Positions 1-9,229 of a stretch of 64,000 bases of DNA are shown piece after piece. Position 1 is the first letter of the stretch. Each line of letters begins with the position of its first letter. A program made the position numbers and the translations under genes. The notes beneath the pieces were generated by a model, which did not search any database, was not told the DNA's origin, and worked only from the letters and a program-made list of their open reading frames with translations. This stretch comes from Candidatus Saccharimonadia bacterium (GTDB lineage: Bacteria; Patescibacteriota; Saccharimonadia; UBA4664): contig DATKIP010000010.1 of the NCBI GenBank assembly GCA_035544015.1, positions 6,449-70,448 of the forward strand. Direction: 5' to 3'.

Positions 1-146
1 ACGCACCAGATCAGCCGAGCTACGATGGCCGCTCTCGTCCACCGGCGCGGTCACATCAAACTCGTCCTCCACCATTTGGGTAGGGATCAGCGCATCAAAC
101 CCCCGACCCAGACCCCGTTTACGCTCAGTTTTTGCCGGTTCGCTCA
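1..146 (-). CDS. parB: ParB chromosome-partitioning protein, N-terminal fragment; the gene continues past the window start
   Basis: Reverse complement of 1-146 translates MSEPAKTERKRGLGRGFDALIPTQ..., the canonical ParB N-terminal box. ATG at 144-146 lies 22 nt downstream of the parA stop. Confidence 0.7.
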
Positions 147-167
147 TTGCTCTACAACCATCCTCAT

Positions 168-935
168 TTACCGCTTCACTCCTGCTCGTTTTTCTACTTC
201 TTTGGCCAGCGCCTTGTAACTTCGCGCCCCCTTGCTCCATCCATCATAATGCATAATCGTTTTACCAAAGCTCGGCGCCTCCGCCAAACGCACGTTCCGC
301 GGAATCACGGTGTCAAATACGGTATCGGGAAAATGCCGCTTCACCTCCTCGTGAACTTGCGCACTCAGACTCGTTCGCCCGTTGTGCATCGTCACCAACA
401 CTCCCATCAGCCTCAATTTCGGGTTGAGTCCCTTGCGCACCCGCTGCACGGTCTGCACCAATTGCCCCAACCCCTCCATCGCATAAAACTCCGCCTGCAC
501 CGGAATGATCAGCTCATGCGCCGCCACCAGCCCATTCACGGTCAAAATGCCCAGGCTCGGCGGACAATCAATCAGCACATAATCATAATCGAGCTGCTCC
601 AGCGCCTGCCGTAGCTTAAACTCACGCTGCGGCACCGCCACCAGCTCCACCTCCGCCGCCGCCAGCACCGGACTGGCCGGCAGCACATACAGCCCGTCCA
701 CCGCCGTCTCGCGCGCCACAGCCGCCGCCGGCGTGCCCTCTAGCAGCACATCGTACAAATCCCCACTCAACTGATCGCGCACGATCCCCAAGCCGCTCGA
801 GGTATTACCCTGCGGATCCAAATCTACCACCAGCACCCGCTTCTTGTTCGAAGCCAAATACGCACCCAGATTGATCGTGGTAGTAGTCTTACCCACCCCA
901 CCCTTCTGGTTCGCGATCGCGATTATCTTGGCCAT
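168..935 (-). CDS. parA: ParA/Soj partitioning ATPase
   Basis: N-terminus MAKIIAIANQKGGVGKTTT (deviant Walker A). ATG at 933-935 preceded by GGAAG. The ORF-track start at 968 is an in-frame upstream extension. Confidence 0.9.
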   Translation of the reverse strand: MAKIIAIANQKGGVGKTTTTINLGAYLASNKKRVLVVDLDPQGNTSSGLGIVRDQLSGDLYDVLLEGTPAAAVARETAVDGLYVLPASPVLAAAEVELVAVPQREFKLRQALEQLDYDYVLIDCPPSLGILTVNGLVAAHELIIPVQAEFYAMEGLGQLVQTVQRVRKGLNPKLRLMGVLVTMHNGRTSLSAQVHEEVKRHFPDTVFDTVIPRNVRLAEAPSFGKTIMHYDGWSKGARSYKALAKEVEKRAGVKR

Positions 936-1011
936 CAGCCGCTTCCAACCCTCATATTCATGAGGCATTATACCAAACCGCCCTTACGCTTGGATACAGC
1001 CCCCGGCGCCG

Positions 1012-1311
1012 CTAACCAGCCACCACTCGCAAACTCTTCAGATCGTGCCTTACGGCGGTAATTTCGTCCTGCAGCGACGAAATCGCCGGGTCGAAATTAT
1101 ACTCCACAAAACCCATAAATTCCGCGTGCATAGCTTCCTTCATTTCATCAACACCCTCACGAATCATCGCACGCGTATACTCACGCTCTTTGTGTATCTC
1201 AGAGCGTACTTCCTTGCGGACTTCTTTACGTACTTCCTTGCGCACCTCTTTGCGCACTTCCTGCGCCACAATCTGCCGCACATCTTCCAGTGTAAAATCA
1301 ACCGTCGCCAT
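1012..1311 (-). CDS. small charged hypothetical protein with (EVRK)5 repeat
   Basis: 99-aa ORF. Wobble G/T bias matches other - strand genes. Contains EVRKEVRKEVRKEVRKEVRSE. Confidence 0.45.
   Translation of the reverse strand: MATVDFTLEDVRQIVAQEVRKEVRKEVRKEVRKEVRSEIHKEREYTRAMIREGVDEMKEAMHAEFMGFVEYNFDPAISSLQDEITAVRHDLKSLRVVAG
1210..1269. repeat. imperfect 12-bp tandem repeat x5 (cttccttgcgga-like) encoding the EVRK repeat
   Basis: Units cttccttgcgga / cttctttacgta / cttccttgcgca / cctctttgcgca / cttcctgcgcca read directly. Confidence 0.7.
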
Positions 1312-1410
1312 ACCAACCCCTTATCCCTTCCAGTATATCGCACCCACCAGCAGATTATACCGAACAAAAACCGTATGACAACCATAAGCACCTCTTGGTA
1401 TAGTAGAATC

Positions 1411-1917
1411 ATGAACAACGAATCCCCACGCTCCCCAAAACCCCGTCGCCTCATCCTCGCCGTCAGTCTCGGCCTCACCGTCGCCGGCGCAGCCAGCGGT
1501 GTCTGGATCTGGCACATCACTCACCAACCCCTCTCAATCCCCACCACCATTGCCGAAAAAGCCCTATTCTCGCTCTACCTCCCCACAATCCTCCCGGACG
1601 ACTACGAGATCGATCCCGCCTCCTACGACACCGCCGAGGGCGTCCTCGTATTTTCGGCCGCCAACTCCAATGGTCACATCCTAAACTTTAGCGAACAACC
1701 CAAGTCCAAAGACTTCGACATCACCGCCTTTGAGCATCACCTCACCCACGCCACGAGCGTTCCCGCCGCCCGCTACCCGTCCGTCATCGGCCAAGACGAA
1801 ACCCACACCACCCTTCTCAGCACCCAAGCCGACAACACCTGGCTGCTCGTCACCACCAAAGCCACTGGCGCCGAAGCCGCCCTCAAGTTTATCGCCGCTC
1901 ACCTCCGAAAACAGTAA
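1411..1917 (+). CDS. hypothetical N-terminally membrane-anchored protein
   Basis: MNNESPRSPKPRRLILAVSLGLTVAGAASGVWIW: a charged n-region then a hydrophobic helix. C-rich wobble typical of + strand genes. The ORF-track start at 1045 overlaps the - strand gene and is likely spurious. Confidence 0.5.
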   Translation: MNNESPRSPKPRRLILAVSLGLTVAGAASGVWIWHITHQPLSIPTTIAEKALFSLYLPTILPDDYEIDPASYDTAEGVLVFSAANSNGHILNFSEQPKSKDFDITAFEHHLTHATSVPAARYPSVIGQDETHTTLLSTQADNTWLLVTTKATGAEAALKFIAAHLRKQ

Positions 1918-1927
1918 GCCCGGAGAC

Positions 1928-4900
1928 CTACCGCGCAGCCGTAAAGGTATTGCGGTATTGGAAATAATCTAAAACGAGCGCCCGACCCACCGTTCCGGCT
2001 TGTTTAATAATCGAAAAAGACGGCTCTGTACCATTCGTCGTACCGGTAGGTACGTTCGTCGCACTCGCGATACTGCCAATCGAAACATCGTCCACAAAGT
2101 ATTCGATGTTATTCGTGGCATGCACCCACACCTTGAAATGGTGCCAGCCGGCTGAAAAGCTTGTGGTCGAGGCTGTTTCCGTGACCGAACCACCCTTGGC
2201 CACCGCATAGACCCATTTCGTCGTACTTACTGCCCGATCAATTTTAAAATACATACCGTCGGTGCAAGCTCCAGTCTGACTATCACACAGACCCATATAA
2301 ACGTCATAATCATTGGTGGCATCTGGCACGGTCGGAATATTAACCGCAAATTCCATTTCTTCGCCTCCACCCACAATCGTTTGCTCGGGCCCGGCGCTAC
2401 CGTACCATACGCTCGCCTTCCCCGTCGTTGTGGTGCCGGTAATCATCGAAAACTGACCAATTCTCGTCGCCAAATCAGGACCAGTGGCGGCCGATGAAGA
2501 ACTAGTTCCACTCGCGCCTGAATTCCAATTTCTCCCCCCGTCCACAAATTCTTCTTCAATATTAAAGCCCCATAATAACCCCGCCGGATCATTACAAAAT
2601 CGCCACGAAGAATCATAATAACAACGCATTCGCCGATAGCCGGAATTGTAGTACATCGCTCCGTCAAGACCAGATGGATCGACGGCAACCGTCTTGGTAT
2701 CGAGCACCAGAACCGCCCCCACCGTATCGGGCGTCCGATTGCCCACATACACTCGGTCATTTGAAGTATCCACAAGCAGTTCTGACAATCCGCCACCATC
2801 CTGCACCTCAAAGGCGTCACCAGCCACCTTTACGAGCGCTGTCCCATCCACCTCCAGCATGCGCGACGGACTACCGGTACCAATACCCACTTTGCCCACA
2901 GCAATCGAACCATTGTAGGCCAGGAGTATGTTGCCATCGGTACCGCTATTGACCTTAGCCCCACCGTAGGCTAGCACGTCGCCACCGTTGGCGTTGCCGG
3001 TGGTGCCGGCCGCCGCCCCAGCCGCCAGCGTCAGCGACCCGCCGGCAACGCCCGTAGCCCCGCTGCCGCCGGCCCCCGCCGTCACCGTGAGAGCATTACC
3101 GGCCGCGTTGGTGGTGCGCGTAAGCACGTTCACGGCGCGCGTCGAGCCCTCGCCAAAGGTCAGATCGGCGCTCGCCACACTGGCCGTCGGCAAATTCACC
3201 CCGATCTGCCCCGACGAATTAACATCAAACAAAATCTTGGAGCTCCCCGCCAGATACAAAGGATATCGGTTGGTACCCGACGTAAGGTTATCCACATACA
3301 CCCCATACGCGTTGGTCGGCGCCACCGAGCCGGCGTTATCCGCCACCTTCAGCACATAGCTATTGGTCACCGCCGAGCTGAGCGTATTCTCAGCCAAAAT
3401 CCCAATCGCGTTCGTCACCGCCCCGGTACCACTATTCACAATAGTTTTTCCCGCAAATCCAATGAGCCGACCAGTCGACACGTTACTCCCCTGCCAGCTC
3501 ACCTGACTATAAGCCGCCATGTAATCCCCGCTATAAGTAATCGAGCCCCCGCTGGCGGGCTGGGCAATAAAGCCATTGCCCAAAGTCGTCGCTGAGTTGG
3601 CCGAGCCCGGCGATGTCGTCAGAGTAGATCGCGCCCCCACCCCAAATCCCGTAGTGTCACTATTGGTCATATCGATCGAGACCGTCGGAATCCCCCCGGT
3701 GGCCGTACCGGTCAAACTCACCGCCCCCGTCACCGTCAAACCCCCCGTACCCTGAATGAGCCCCGTCCCCGCATTCACCCCCACCGCCGTCAGTGCCCCG
3801 GCTGCACTCACCTTTGCCAATGTCGTACCCGCGCTGTTCTGCGCCTGAAACAAATCACCGCTTTGACTCACCGCACCCTGCACCACCAATACTGCGTTGC
3901 TAGCTGCATCTGAAACAAAGAGCCCACTGCTAGTCACCACCCCCCTACCCGAAGCCCAGGCATTACCAATCGTTCGGCTATAAACCCGGACAGTCGAACC
4001 CGTCCACAATTGAGCCCCCCATGCCCTCACCGTTCCCGATCCAGCGGTACCGCCGGGGAAAATAACCGCCACCATGTTACCCGTAAACCCCGTGCCATTC
4101 TGCGTCACACTAAACCGTTGCCAGGTCGTAGTAGCAGTCACCGTAGTTTTGGTTCCCGTCCCCAAAGTCGAACCATCAATACGCAAATCCACCGCCTGCG
4201 TGCCAGTGGTCGTTTTGAGCCACACACTAAAGATAAAAGTCGAACCCGACGCAACCAAAGTCGAGGGCTGACTCACCAAGCCACCAGGGCTACTATCGGC
4301 CAAACTCTCAGCAGTGGTAGAGGTATTCGGCGCCGCATCAGTATCAGCCACCGGAGTAGTCACGTTTGTCTTCGTCCAAACCGCATTGTCAAATTGCTCC
4401 GAATAGAGCAGACCATTCCCACTTTTTCCAATACCGCCAAAGGAACTATTGATAATACCCAACATCTCCAGATCTCCCCCCGCGTTCACTCGGCCAATGG
4501 TCGCCCCCGTGCTATCCTGTACCTGCAAAAAGTCCGCCGTCTGGCTGCTGGCGCCCTGAATCACCACGCCCGTGTTCGAGGCCACATTCGTTGCCACGTT
4601 CAAGGCCGTTTGCGACCCGCCAGCCGCCCCGGTCACGCCCACCGTCCCGGTCGCCGCCGATACCGTCAGATAATCCACGGTGGCGCCACTATTTTGAACC
4701 CGCAACAAGTACCCCGTTTGACTCGTCGATTGTTTTATCACGGCCGTATCAGCACTCGTGGAACCATTGTTGACCAGGGCAAAGTTGCCGTTCTGAAAGC
4801 CCGTACTATTCTGAATATAATTGCCCGAACCCGCCGCCGGCGTACACACCGTACCGCTACATACCGTCGTCCCGCCAATTTTGTATGCCCCCGAAGCCTG

Positions 4901-6145
4901 AATATTCACGCTCAAATCCGAAGCGCTGGCCGTCAGCAAGGTAGTAGCGTCGGACTTCAGCGCCAGATCCCCGCCGCTCGTCTTAAAATACGCCGTCGAG
5001 CTCCCGCCTTCCCACGAAAAACCCGCCAATCGATTCTCGCTCTGGCTCCACAGCGCAATCGCCGGCCACAAGTTACTATTCGTCCGCGCGTCAAACACCG
5101 ACAACCCTGTGCCGTGATCCGCTGCCGCACCGGTGAGCCCGGTCGCAATCACCGCCGCTCCCGCCGCCACGGCGTACTTTGAAACCGCCAGCGTACTCGG
5201 GATGCCGCCCGTCACCGCCGCGTACGATGTCAGATTCGAACCCGCCGCCGAGAAAATCGCTCCGCCGTTCACTTCAAACGTCGCCTGCGGATTAGCCGTA
5301 CCCAGATTCACCCCCACCCGGTTATTCGACGTATCCACGGTCAAAATATTGGTCGTCGTTCCCGCCTTTTGCACCACGAGAGCCGCCACAGAATCGGTGC
5401 TGGGCCGAAACACCGTCTGCCCCGCATTGTTAATCTGCAGCACCACCGCCGCGCCGCGCTGCAGGTTGATGATATCCGCGGTACCACCCGTCTTGTTGAT
5501 GCCGATCGAAGGGTTCGATGTCGAGCTGTCGGTTTGCACCCCCTGGGCCAGCTGCACAAATTGCCCGCTCGTCAGCCCACCCAACTTCCCTGCATTATCG
5601 GCCTGCAACGCATACACCGCCGAGCTGAGTCGCTTCATCGGCAGCAATTCGCCGTCGTACGTGGGCGTATTTGACACCGCCGTCCCGCCCACATCCATGC
5701 TCAGCCACAGCGTATCCTGGTTGAAGTCTATAGCCGTATTCGTGTTACCCTGGCAACTCCCCCCGCTAAACGCACAGTAAGTGCCAAGCGTCGCCGAGAA
5801 GTACCCGTTTTTGACCACCACCCCCGCCGACGACCCCGAGGCCACCGAATTTTGCCACAGCTCTGTCCACTTCAAGGTTCCGCCGGTATCACCTGCTACG
5901 TTACCCGGACCGTCTTGATAGATCTTAAACCGCAGGTTGTAATTACCGTCGGCCACCACCGCCCCAGTGTTGGTCAGCAAACGGCCTTGAAAATTAATCT
6001 GCTTATTAATCCCGGCTGCCGCCTGAACCGACGACTGACCGCCATCCCCCCCAACCACAACGAACCCAGCAACCGCGAGGGTCAGGGCTATACGTAGAGT
6101 GATGCGAACGAGACGCCGACAAAAACCGTGCTGGAGCTGACCCAT
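1928..6145 (-). CDS. giant secreted fibrous surface protein (1405 aa); Gly/Thr/Ala/Ser-rich beta-helix-like repeats; C-terminal concanavalin A-like/LamG-like lectin domain; no membrane or sortase anchor
   Basis: Signal-like N-terminus, then mature AAGINKQINFQGRLLTNTGAVVADGNYNLRFKIYQD module shared with the 18628-25395 giant protein. C-terminal WHHFKVWVHATNNIEYFVDDVSIG is ConA-like. Low-complexity repeats throughout. Confidence 0.8.
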   Translation of the reverse strand: MGQLQHGFCRRLVRITLRIALTLAVAGFVVVGGDGGQSSVQAAAGINKQINFQGRLLTNTGAVVADGNYNLRFKIYQDGPGNVAGDTGGTLKWTELWQNSVASGSSAGVVVKNGYFSATLGTYCAFSGGSCQGNTNTAIDFNQDTLWLSMDVGGTAVSNTPTYDGELLPMKRLSSAVYALQADNAGKLGGLTSGQFVQLAQGVQTDSSTSNPSIGINKTGGTADIINLQRGAAVVLQINNAGQTVFRPSTDSVAALVVQKAGTTTNILTVDTSNNRVGVNLGTANPQATFEVNGGAIFSAAGSNLTSYAAVTGGIPSTLAVSKYAVAAGAAVIATGLTGAAADHGTGLSVFDARTNSNLWPAIALWSQSENRLAGFSWEGGSSTAYFKTSGGDLALKSDATTLLTASASDLSVNIQASGAYKIGGTTVCSGTVCTPAAGSGNYIQNSTGFQNGNFALVNNGSTSADTAVIKQSTSQTGYLLRVQNSGATVDYLTVSAATGTVGVTGAAGGSQTALNVATNVASNTGVVIQGASSQTADFLQVQDSTGATIGRVNAGGDLEMLGIINSSFGGIGKSGNGLLYSEQFDNAVWTKTNVTTPVADTDAAPNTSTTAESLADSSPGGLVSQPSTLVASGSTFIFSVWLKTTTGTQAVDLRIDGSTLGTGTKTTVTATTTWQRFSVTQNGTGFTGNMVAVIFPGGTAGSGTVRAWGAQLWTGSTVRVYSRTIGNAWASGRGVVTSSGLFVSDAASNAVLVVQGAVSQSGDLFQAQNSAGTTLAKVSAAGALTAVGVNAGTGLIQGTGGLTVTGAVSLTGTATGGIPTVSIDMTNSDTTGFGVGARSTLTTSPGSANSATTLGNGFIAQPASGGSITYSGDYMAAYSQVSWQGSNVSTGRLIGFAGKTIVNSGTGAVTNAIGILAENTLSSAVTNSYVLKVADNAGSVAPTNAYGVYVDNLTSGTNRYPLYLAGSSKILFDVNSSGQIGVNLPTASVASADLTFGEGSTRAVNVLTRTTNAAGNALTVTAGAGGSGATGVAGGSLTLAAGAAAGTTGNANGGDVLAYGGAKVNSGTDGNILLAYNGSIAVGKVGIGTGSPSRMLEVDGTALVKVAGDAFEVQDGGGLSELLVDTSNDRVYVGNRTPDTVGAVLVLDTKTVAVDPSGLDGAMYYNSGYRRMRCYYDSSWRFCNDPAGLLWGFNIEEEFVDGGRNWNSGASGTSSSSAATGPDLATRIGQFSMITGTTTTGKASVWYGSAGPEQTIVGGGEEMEFAVNIPTVPDATNDYDVYMGLCDSQTGACTDGMYFKIDRAVSTTKWVYAVAKGGSVTETASTTSFSAGWHHFKVWVHATNNIEYFVDDVSIGSIASATNVPTGTTNGTEPSFSIIKQAGTVGRALVLDYFQYRNTFTAAR

Positions 6146-6236
6146 TCCTCACAAACTACTTACGCTCTCATGGTACGCTGGCCTATCTGGAAACGCAAGC
6201 AGTATTAGCCTCGAAAAACCGTGGAAAAACCGAAAA

Positions 6237-7169
6237 TTACCGCTCCAAAAGCAAATGTCGACGACGCAATTTTCGCAGTTCGCGACGTTCGCCCAGCCAA
6301 AAAAATATCACCATCACCACCGCCAAACCATACAGCGGCCAGGCTGTCACCAATGCCCCCGGCAAGGCCCCCAGTCCGTGCGACGCGCCGTAAGCCTCCA
6401 CCGGTCCGTTCACGACCGTCACCACCTGAAGATAAGCCGTATTCCCCAAGCTGTCCGTCACGCGCACGATCACCTGATACGTCCCAGGCTGCGCGTAGGT
6501 GTGACGAGCCGTCACCGCCCCCTCTCCCGTCTGGCTCGACAAACTCGTGGCGTAATCGCCAAAATCCCAGCTCACCGCGTACGGACCCACGCCACCCACA
6601 ATCGTAATCGTACGCGCAATCTGTTCCCCCGGATTGCCCCCCAGCACTGTTTGGCTGGTCTCCAGAAACAGCTGTTTGCCCACCGTGCCCGCCGTCCGGT
6701 CCAGCGAGGGCGCATCATAAAACACCGTTACCGCCGGCGAATCCGGCCCAAATTGGCCGAGCGCATCGGATACCCGCGCTACCAAGCGATTGGCCCCAGC
6801 AAACAAGTCCACCAGCAGCGAAAAGGTGCCGTCGTCACGACACACGGTCGCGCCCGCAAATACCTCGTTTTTCTCGATCGTCACAAACGTCCCCGCCGGA
6901 CACGCTCCCGACACCGTCACCGGAATGCTCGAGGTATGCGAACCATCGCTGGGGCTCAGAATCGTCGCCGACACGCTCGGAGCCGGCCCGCGCACCGTGC
7001 CGATGAGCCCCACCGAGCCCGATTGCGGATTCACCGCCGGCGCCGCCGCCGAAACCGTCAGGCTCGCGCCCACCAGCAACAACCCCGATACCAGCAGCCC
7101 AAACAACAATCCCGCGTACGAAGTGTGCCGATGCGGCCTCACCCTGCCAAAATGCTCGTTGCCCAGCAT
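6237..7169 (-). CDS. PKD-domain bitopic membrane protein (N-terminal signal-anchor, C-terminal TM helix plus basic tail)
   Basis: VSWDFGDYATS...HTYAQPGTYQVIVRVTD is a textbook PKD motif. C-terminal ...VVMVIFFWLGERRELRKLRRR. Paralog of 32021-32983. Confidence 0.75.
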   Translation of the reverse strand: MLGNEHFGRVRPHRHTSYAGLLFGLLVSGLLLVGASLTVSAAAPAVNPQSGSVGLIGTVRGPAPSVSATILSPSDGSHTSSIPVTVSGACPAGTFVTIEKNEVFAGATVCRDDGTFSLLVDLFAGANRLVARVSDALGQFGPDSPAVTVFYDAPSLDRTAGTVGKQLFLETSQTVLGGNPGEQIARTITIVGGVGPYAVSWDFGDYATSLSSQTGEGAVTARHTYAQPGTYQVIVRVTDSLGNTAYLQVVTVVNGPVEAYGASHGLGALPGALVTAWPLYGLAVVMVIFFWLGERRELRKLRRRHLLLER

Positions 7170-8143
7170 TACCGGCGGTTATTCGCCTGTTCAATGATGT
7201 GCTGGTTGTACCGGCGCAGGCCCAATCGCAGCAGGAAGAACAATACCAACAGGCCCACCAGCACCAGCCCGATCAATCGCCACGGAATCACCCAAAACGT
7301 CAGCGTGCTATCGAGCTTTTTGTTCCCGGCGTACGTCAACGACAATTTGGCCGTATACCGACCAAACAGCCGCTTTTCGCTCCAAGCCAGCTCAAACCGC
7401 CGAATACTATCGGGCAGCACATTGCCACCTTTGTCGTTAACCTTCAGATTAGCTACCTGCCGGCCAAACATATTGGTGATCTTCACCGACCCCTGCGGTT
7501 TTTCGTGCACACTGCCGTCATTCTTGACCCGCACCAAAAAGTCCAGCGGCCCATACTCAAACCAAGGTCCCGGCTTACCCTGCCGCGTCACACCAAATTC
7601 CGTCAACGACAACTGATCTTTAATCTGCCCGCTCACTTTGAGCAATATCAACGTCCCCACGCTCGCCGACAAGGCCACGCCCGTACCCTCAAGCTCCGGC
7701 GGCACCGCCGTAAACCGCACCACCCCAAAGTGTCCGCCCGGCTCCGCGTTCGCCGGCACCGCAATGCTCACCGTAGTCGACTTCAATTCTTGCGGCGCCA
7801 ACCTCAAATCCGGCACCCCCGACACCCAATATTTAAGCGAAAACCGCGTGGCGCCCGTTTCATCGAGCAGCAACCTCGGCTTACCCTCTTCGTCGGCCCC
7901 GGCACCAAAGTCGTCGGCCTTGCCCTTGGCGATCAACTCACCGCGCGTCACATTGCGCACACGAATAGCAGCCGTGACCGTCTGGCCCGGATCCGCCTCG
8001 AGCTCGATCACGGGCGGCGAAATTTCCAATCCCTGGCCGGGCGAACCCACGGGCGGCGTGGGCGTGGAGGCCCAAGCCAACGTGGGGGCCACCATTACAA
8101 CGCCCAGGAGACTAATTAGTCCACTCACATACCACTTACGCAT
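7169..8143 (-). CDS. DUF916/DUF3324-like (CscA-like) cell-surface protein with C-terminal TM anchor
   Basis: Signal peptide MRKWYVSGLISLLGVVMVAPTLAWA. GSVHEKPQGSVKITN and FWVIPWRLIGLVLVGLLVLFFLLRLGLRR at the C-terminus. Paralogs at 25635-26579 and 26588-27652 share the GNVHVVP and WVIPW motifs. Family assignment by motif and topology only. Confidence 0.55.
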   Translation of the reverse strand: MRKWYVSGLISLLGVVMVAPTLAWASTPTPPVGSPGQGLEISPPVIELEADPGQTVTAAIRVRNVTRGELIAKGKADDFGAGADEEGKPRLLLDETGATRFSLKYWVSGVPDLRLAPQELKSTTVSIAVPANAEPGGHFGVVRFTAVPPELEGTGVALSASVGTLILLKVSGQIKDQLSLTEFGVTRQGKPGPWFEYGPLDFLVRVKNDGSVHEKPQGSVKITNMFGRQVANLKVNDKGGNVLPDSIRRFELAWSEKRLFGRYTAKLSLTYAGNKKLDSTLTFWVIPWRLIGLVLVGLLVLFFLLRLGLRRYNQHIIEQANNRR

Positions 8144-8206
8144 TACGATCAGTGTATAGCATAAGCCAGATATGGCGCAACTCGACTGTTTACGAATGCC
8201 AAGCCA

Positions 8207-9229
8207 TTAAAACGAAGCAGTACAAATATATGTCATAGTCGCCGTATACACTCCCGCCGCCTGCGCGCCACCAATATTCACGATATACGATGACGTAAAC
8301 GTATTCGCGTTCGTGGGCGCCAGCCCCGCGGCCACCACGTCACCACTCGCGAACCGATACAAATCAGGCGTGCCATACGCACCGCTAAACGTCCCACTGC
8401 CCGCACCGCTCGGATCTGCCCCCAGCGCCGGGGTCCCATTGGCCCGCAAATTCAGGCCAAACTGGCTCGTCCCGATCACACTCCCCGTCTGCGTCGCCAA
8501 GGCTGGTATCGTATTTACACCCGACGCCAACGTGGTACCCGTAACAGTGATCGCGTAGCCATTCGCCGCATTCGTCTGCGCCTGCATCACGCTCGTGCCC
8601 GACCGCGTCACCGTGGGCGAAAAATCTCCAAAATCAATCGTCGAGCCACTTACCGTCGTGCAGTTGCCCGCAATCGACGTACCGACACAAAACACCAGAA
8701 TCTCCGGCGTCACCCCGGTAAGCTGCACCGGCTGGGCGGTACTCAGCGCCACCGTGCCCGTATCGACCGCCCCCGTTGCACCGTCGGTGCCCGTGTAGGT
8801 CGTAATGCGCACAAAGTAGCTCAAGTTGGCTGTGCTCGGGTTGGTGATAGACCCAAGCGTAAAACTCATGGCCGTTCCCGCACCCACCGGCGCCGCCGTG
8901 CGCGTAATATACGGCGCTCCATTCGAGCCGTTCACCATACTAAACCCGCCCGGGCTCTGCGCCGCCAACGTCGCGCTCGTAGTCACCACGCCAGCCGGCG
9001 TCACGCACGCCCCTGTGGGCGCACCACAAATCTGAAAACCCACGGAGCCGATGCTAGCCGCCGTCGCCGTGGTCGCGTTCACGGCGTAGCTGGTGCTCAC
9101 GCCCTGGCCGCTCGATCCCACCACCACATTGCGGGGCGCCAAGCCAGCCGCCTCGGTGGCCAGTGGCATCAATCCAGTCACCCACACCCCCGCCACTATG
9201 AGTCCAGTGCGCAGTTTGCCCATGATCAA
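8207..9229 (-). CDS. secreted WxL-like surface protein (divergent C-terminal WxL-type motif)
   Basis: Signal peptide. Conserved FQICGAP, LVFCVGTS and FGLNLR-N-TP-G-D-SG motifs. C-terminus GVYTATMTYICTASF resembles G-Y-G-LTWTL of WxL domains with W replaced. 4-nt overlap (ATGA) with the upstream gene. Confidence 0.55.
   Translation of the reverse strand: MIMGKLRTGLIVAGVWVTGLMPLATEAAGLAPRNVVVGSSGQGVSTSYAVNATTATAASIGSVGFQICGAPTGACVTPAGVVTTSATLAAQSPGGFSMVNGSNGAPYITRTAAPVGAGTAMSFTLGSITNPSTANLSYFVRITTYTGTDGATGAVDTGTVALSTAQPVQLTGVTPEILVFCVGTSIAGNCTTVSGSTIDFGDFSPTVTRSGTSVMQAQTNAANGYAITVTGTTLASGVNTIPALATQTGSVIGTSQFGLNLRANGTPALGADPSGAGSGTFSGAYGTPDLYRFASGDVVAAGLAPTNANTFTSSYIVNIGGAQAAGVYTATMTYICTASF

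Noticed and set aside
4010-5182. 390-aa + strand ORF, very Arg/His/Pro-rich
   Set aside because: Antisense to the giant - strand fibre gene. Composition (RRR, HR runs) is typical of wrong-frame translation of high-GC coding DNA.
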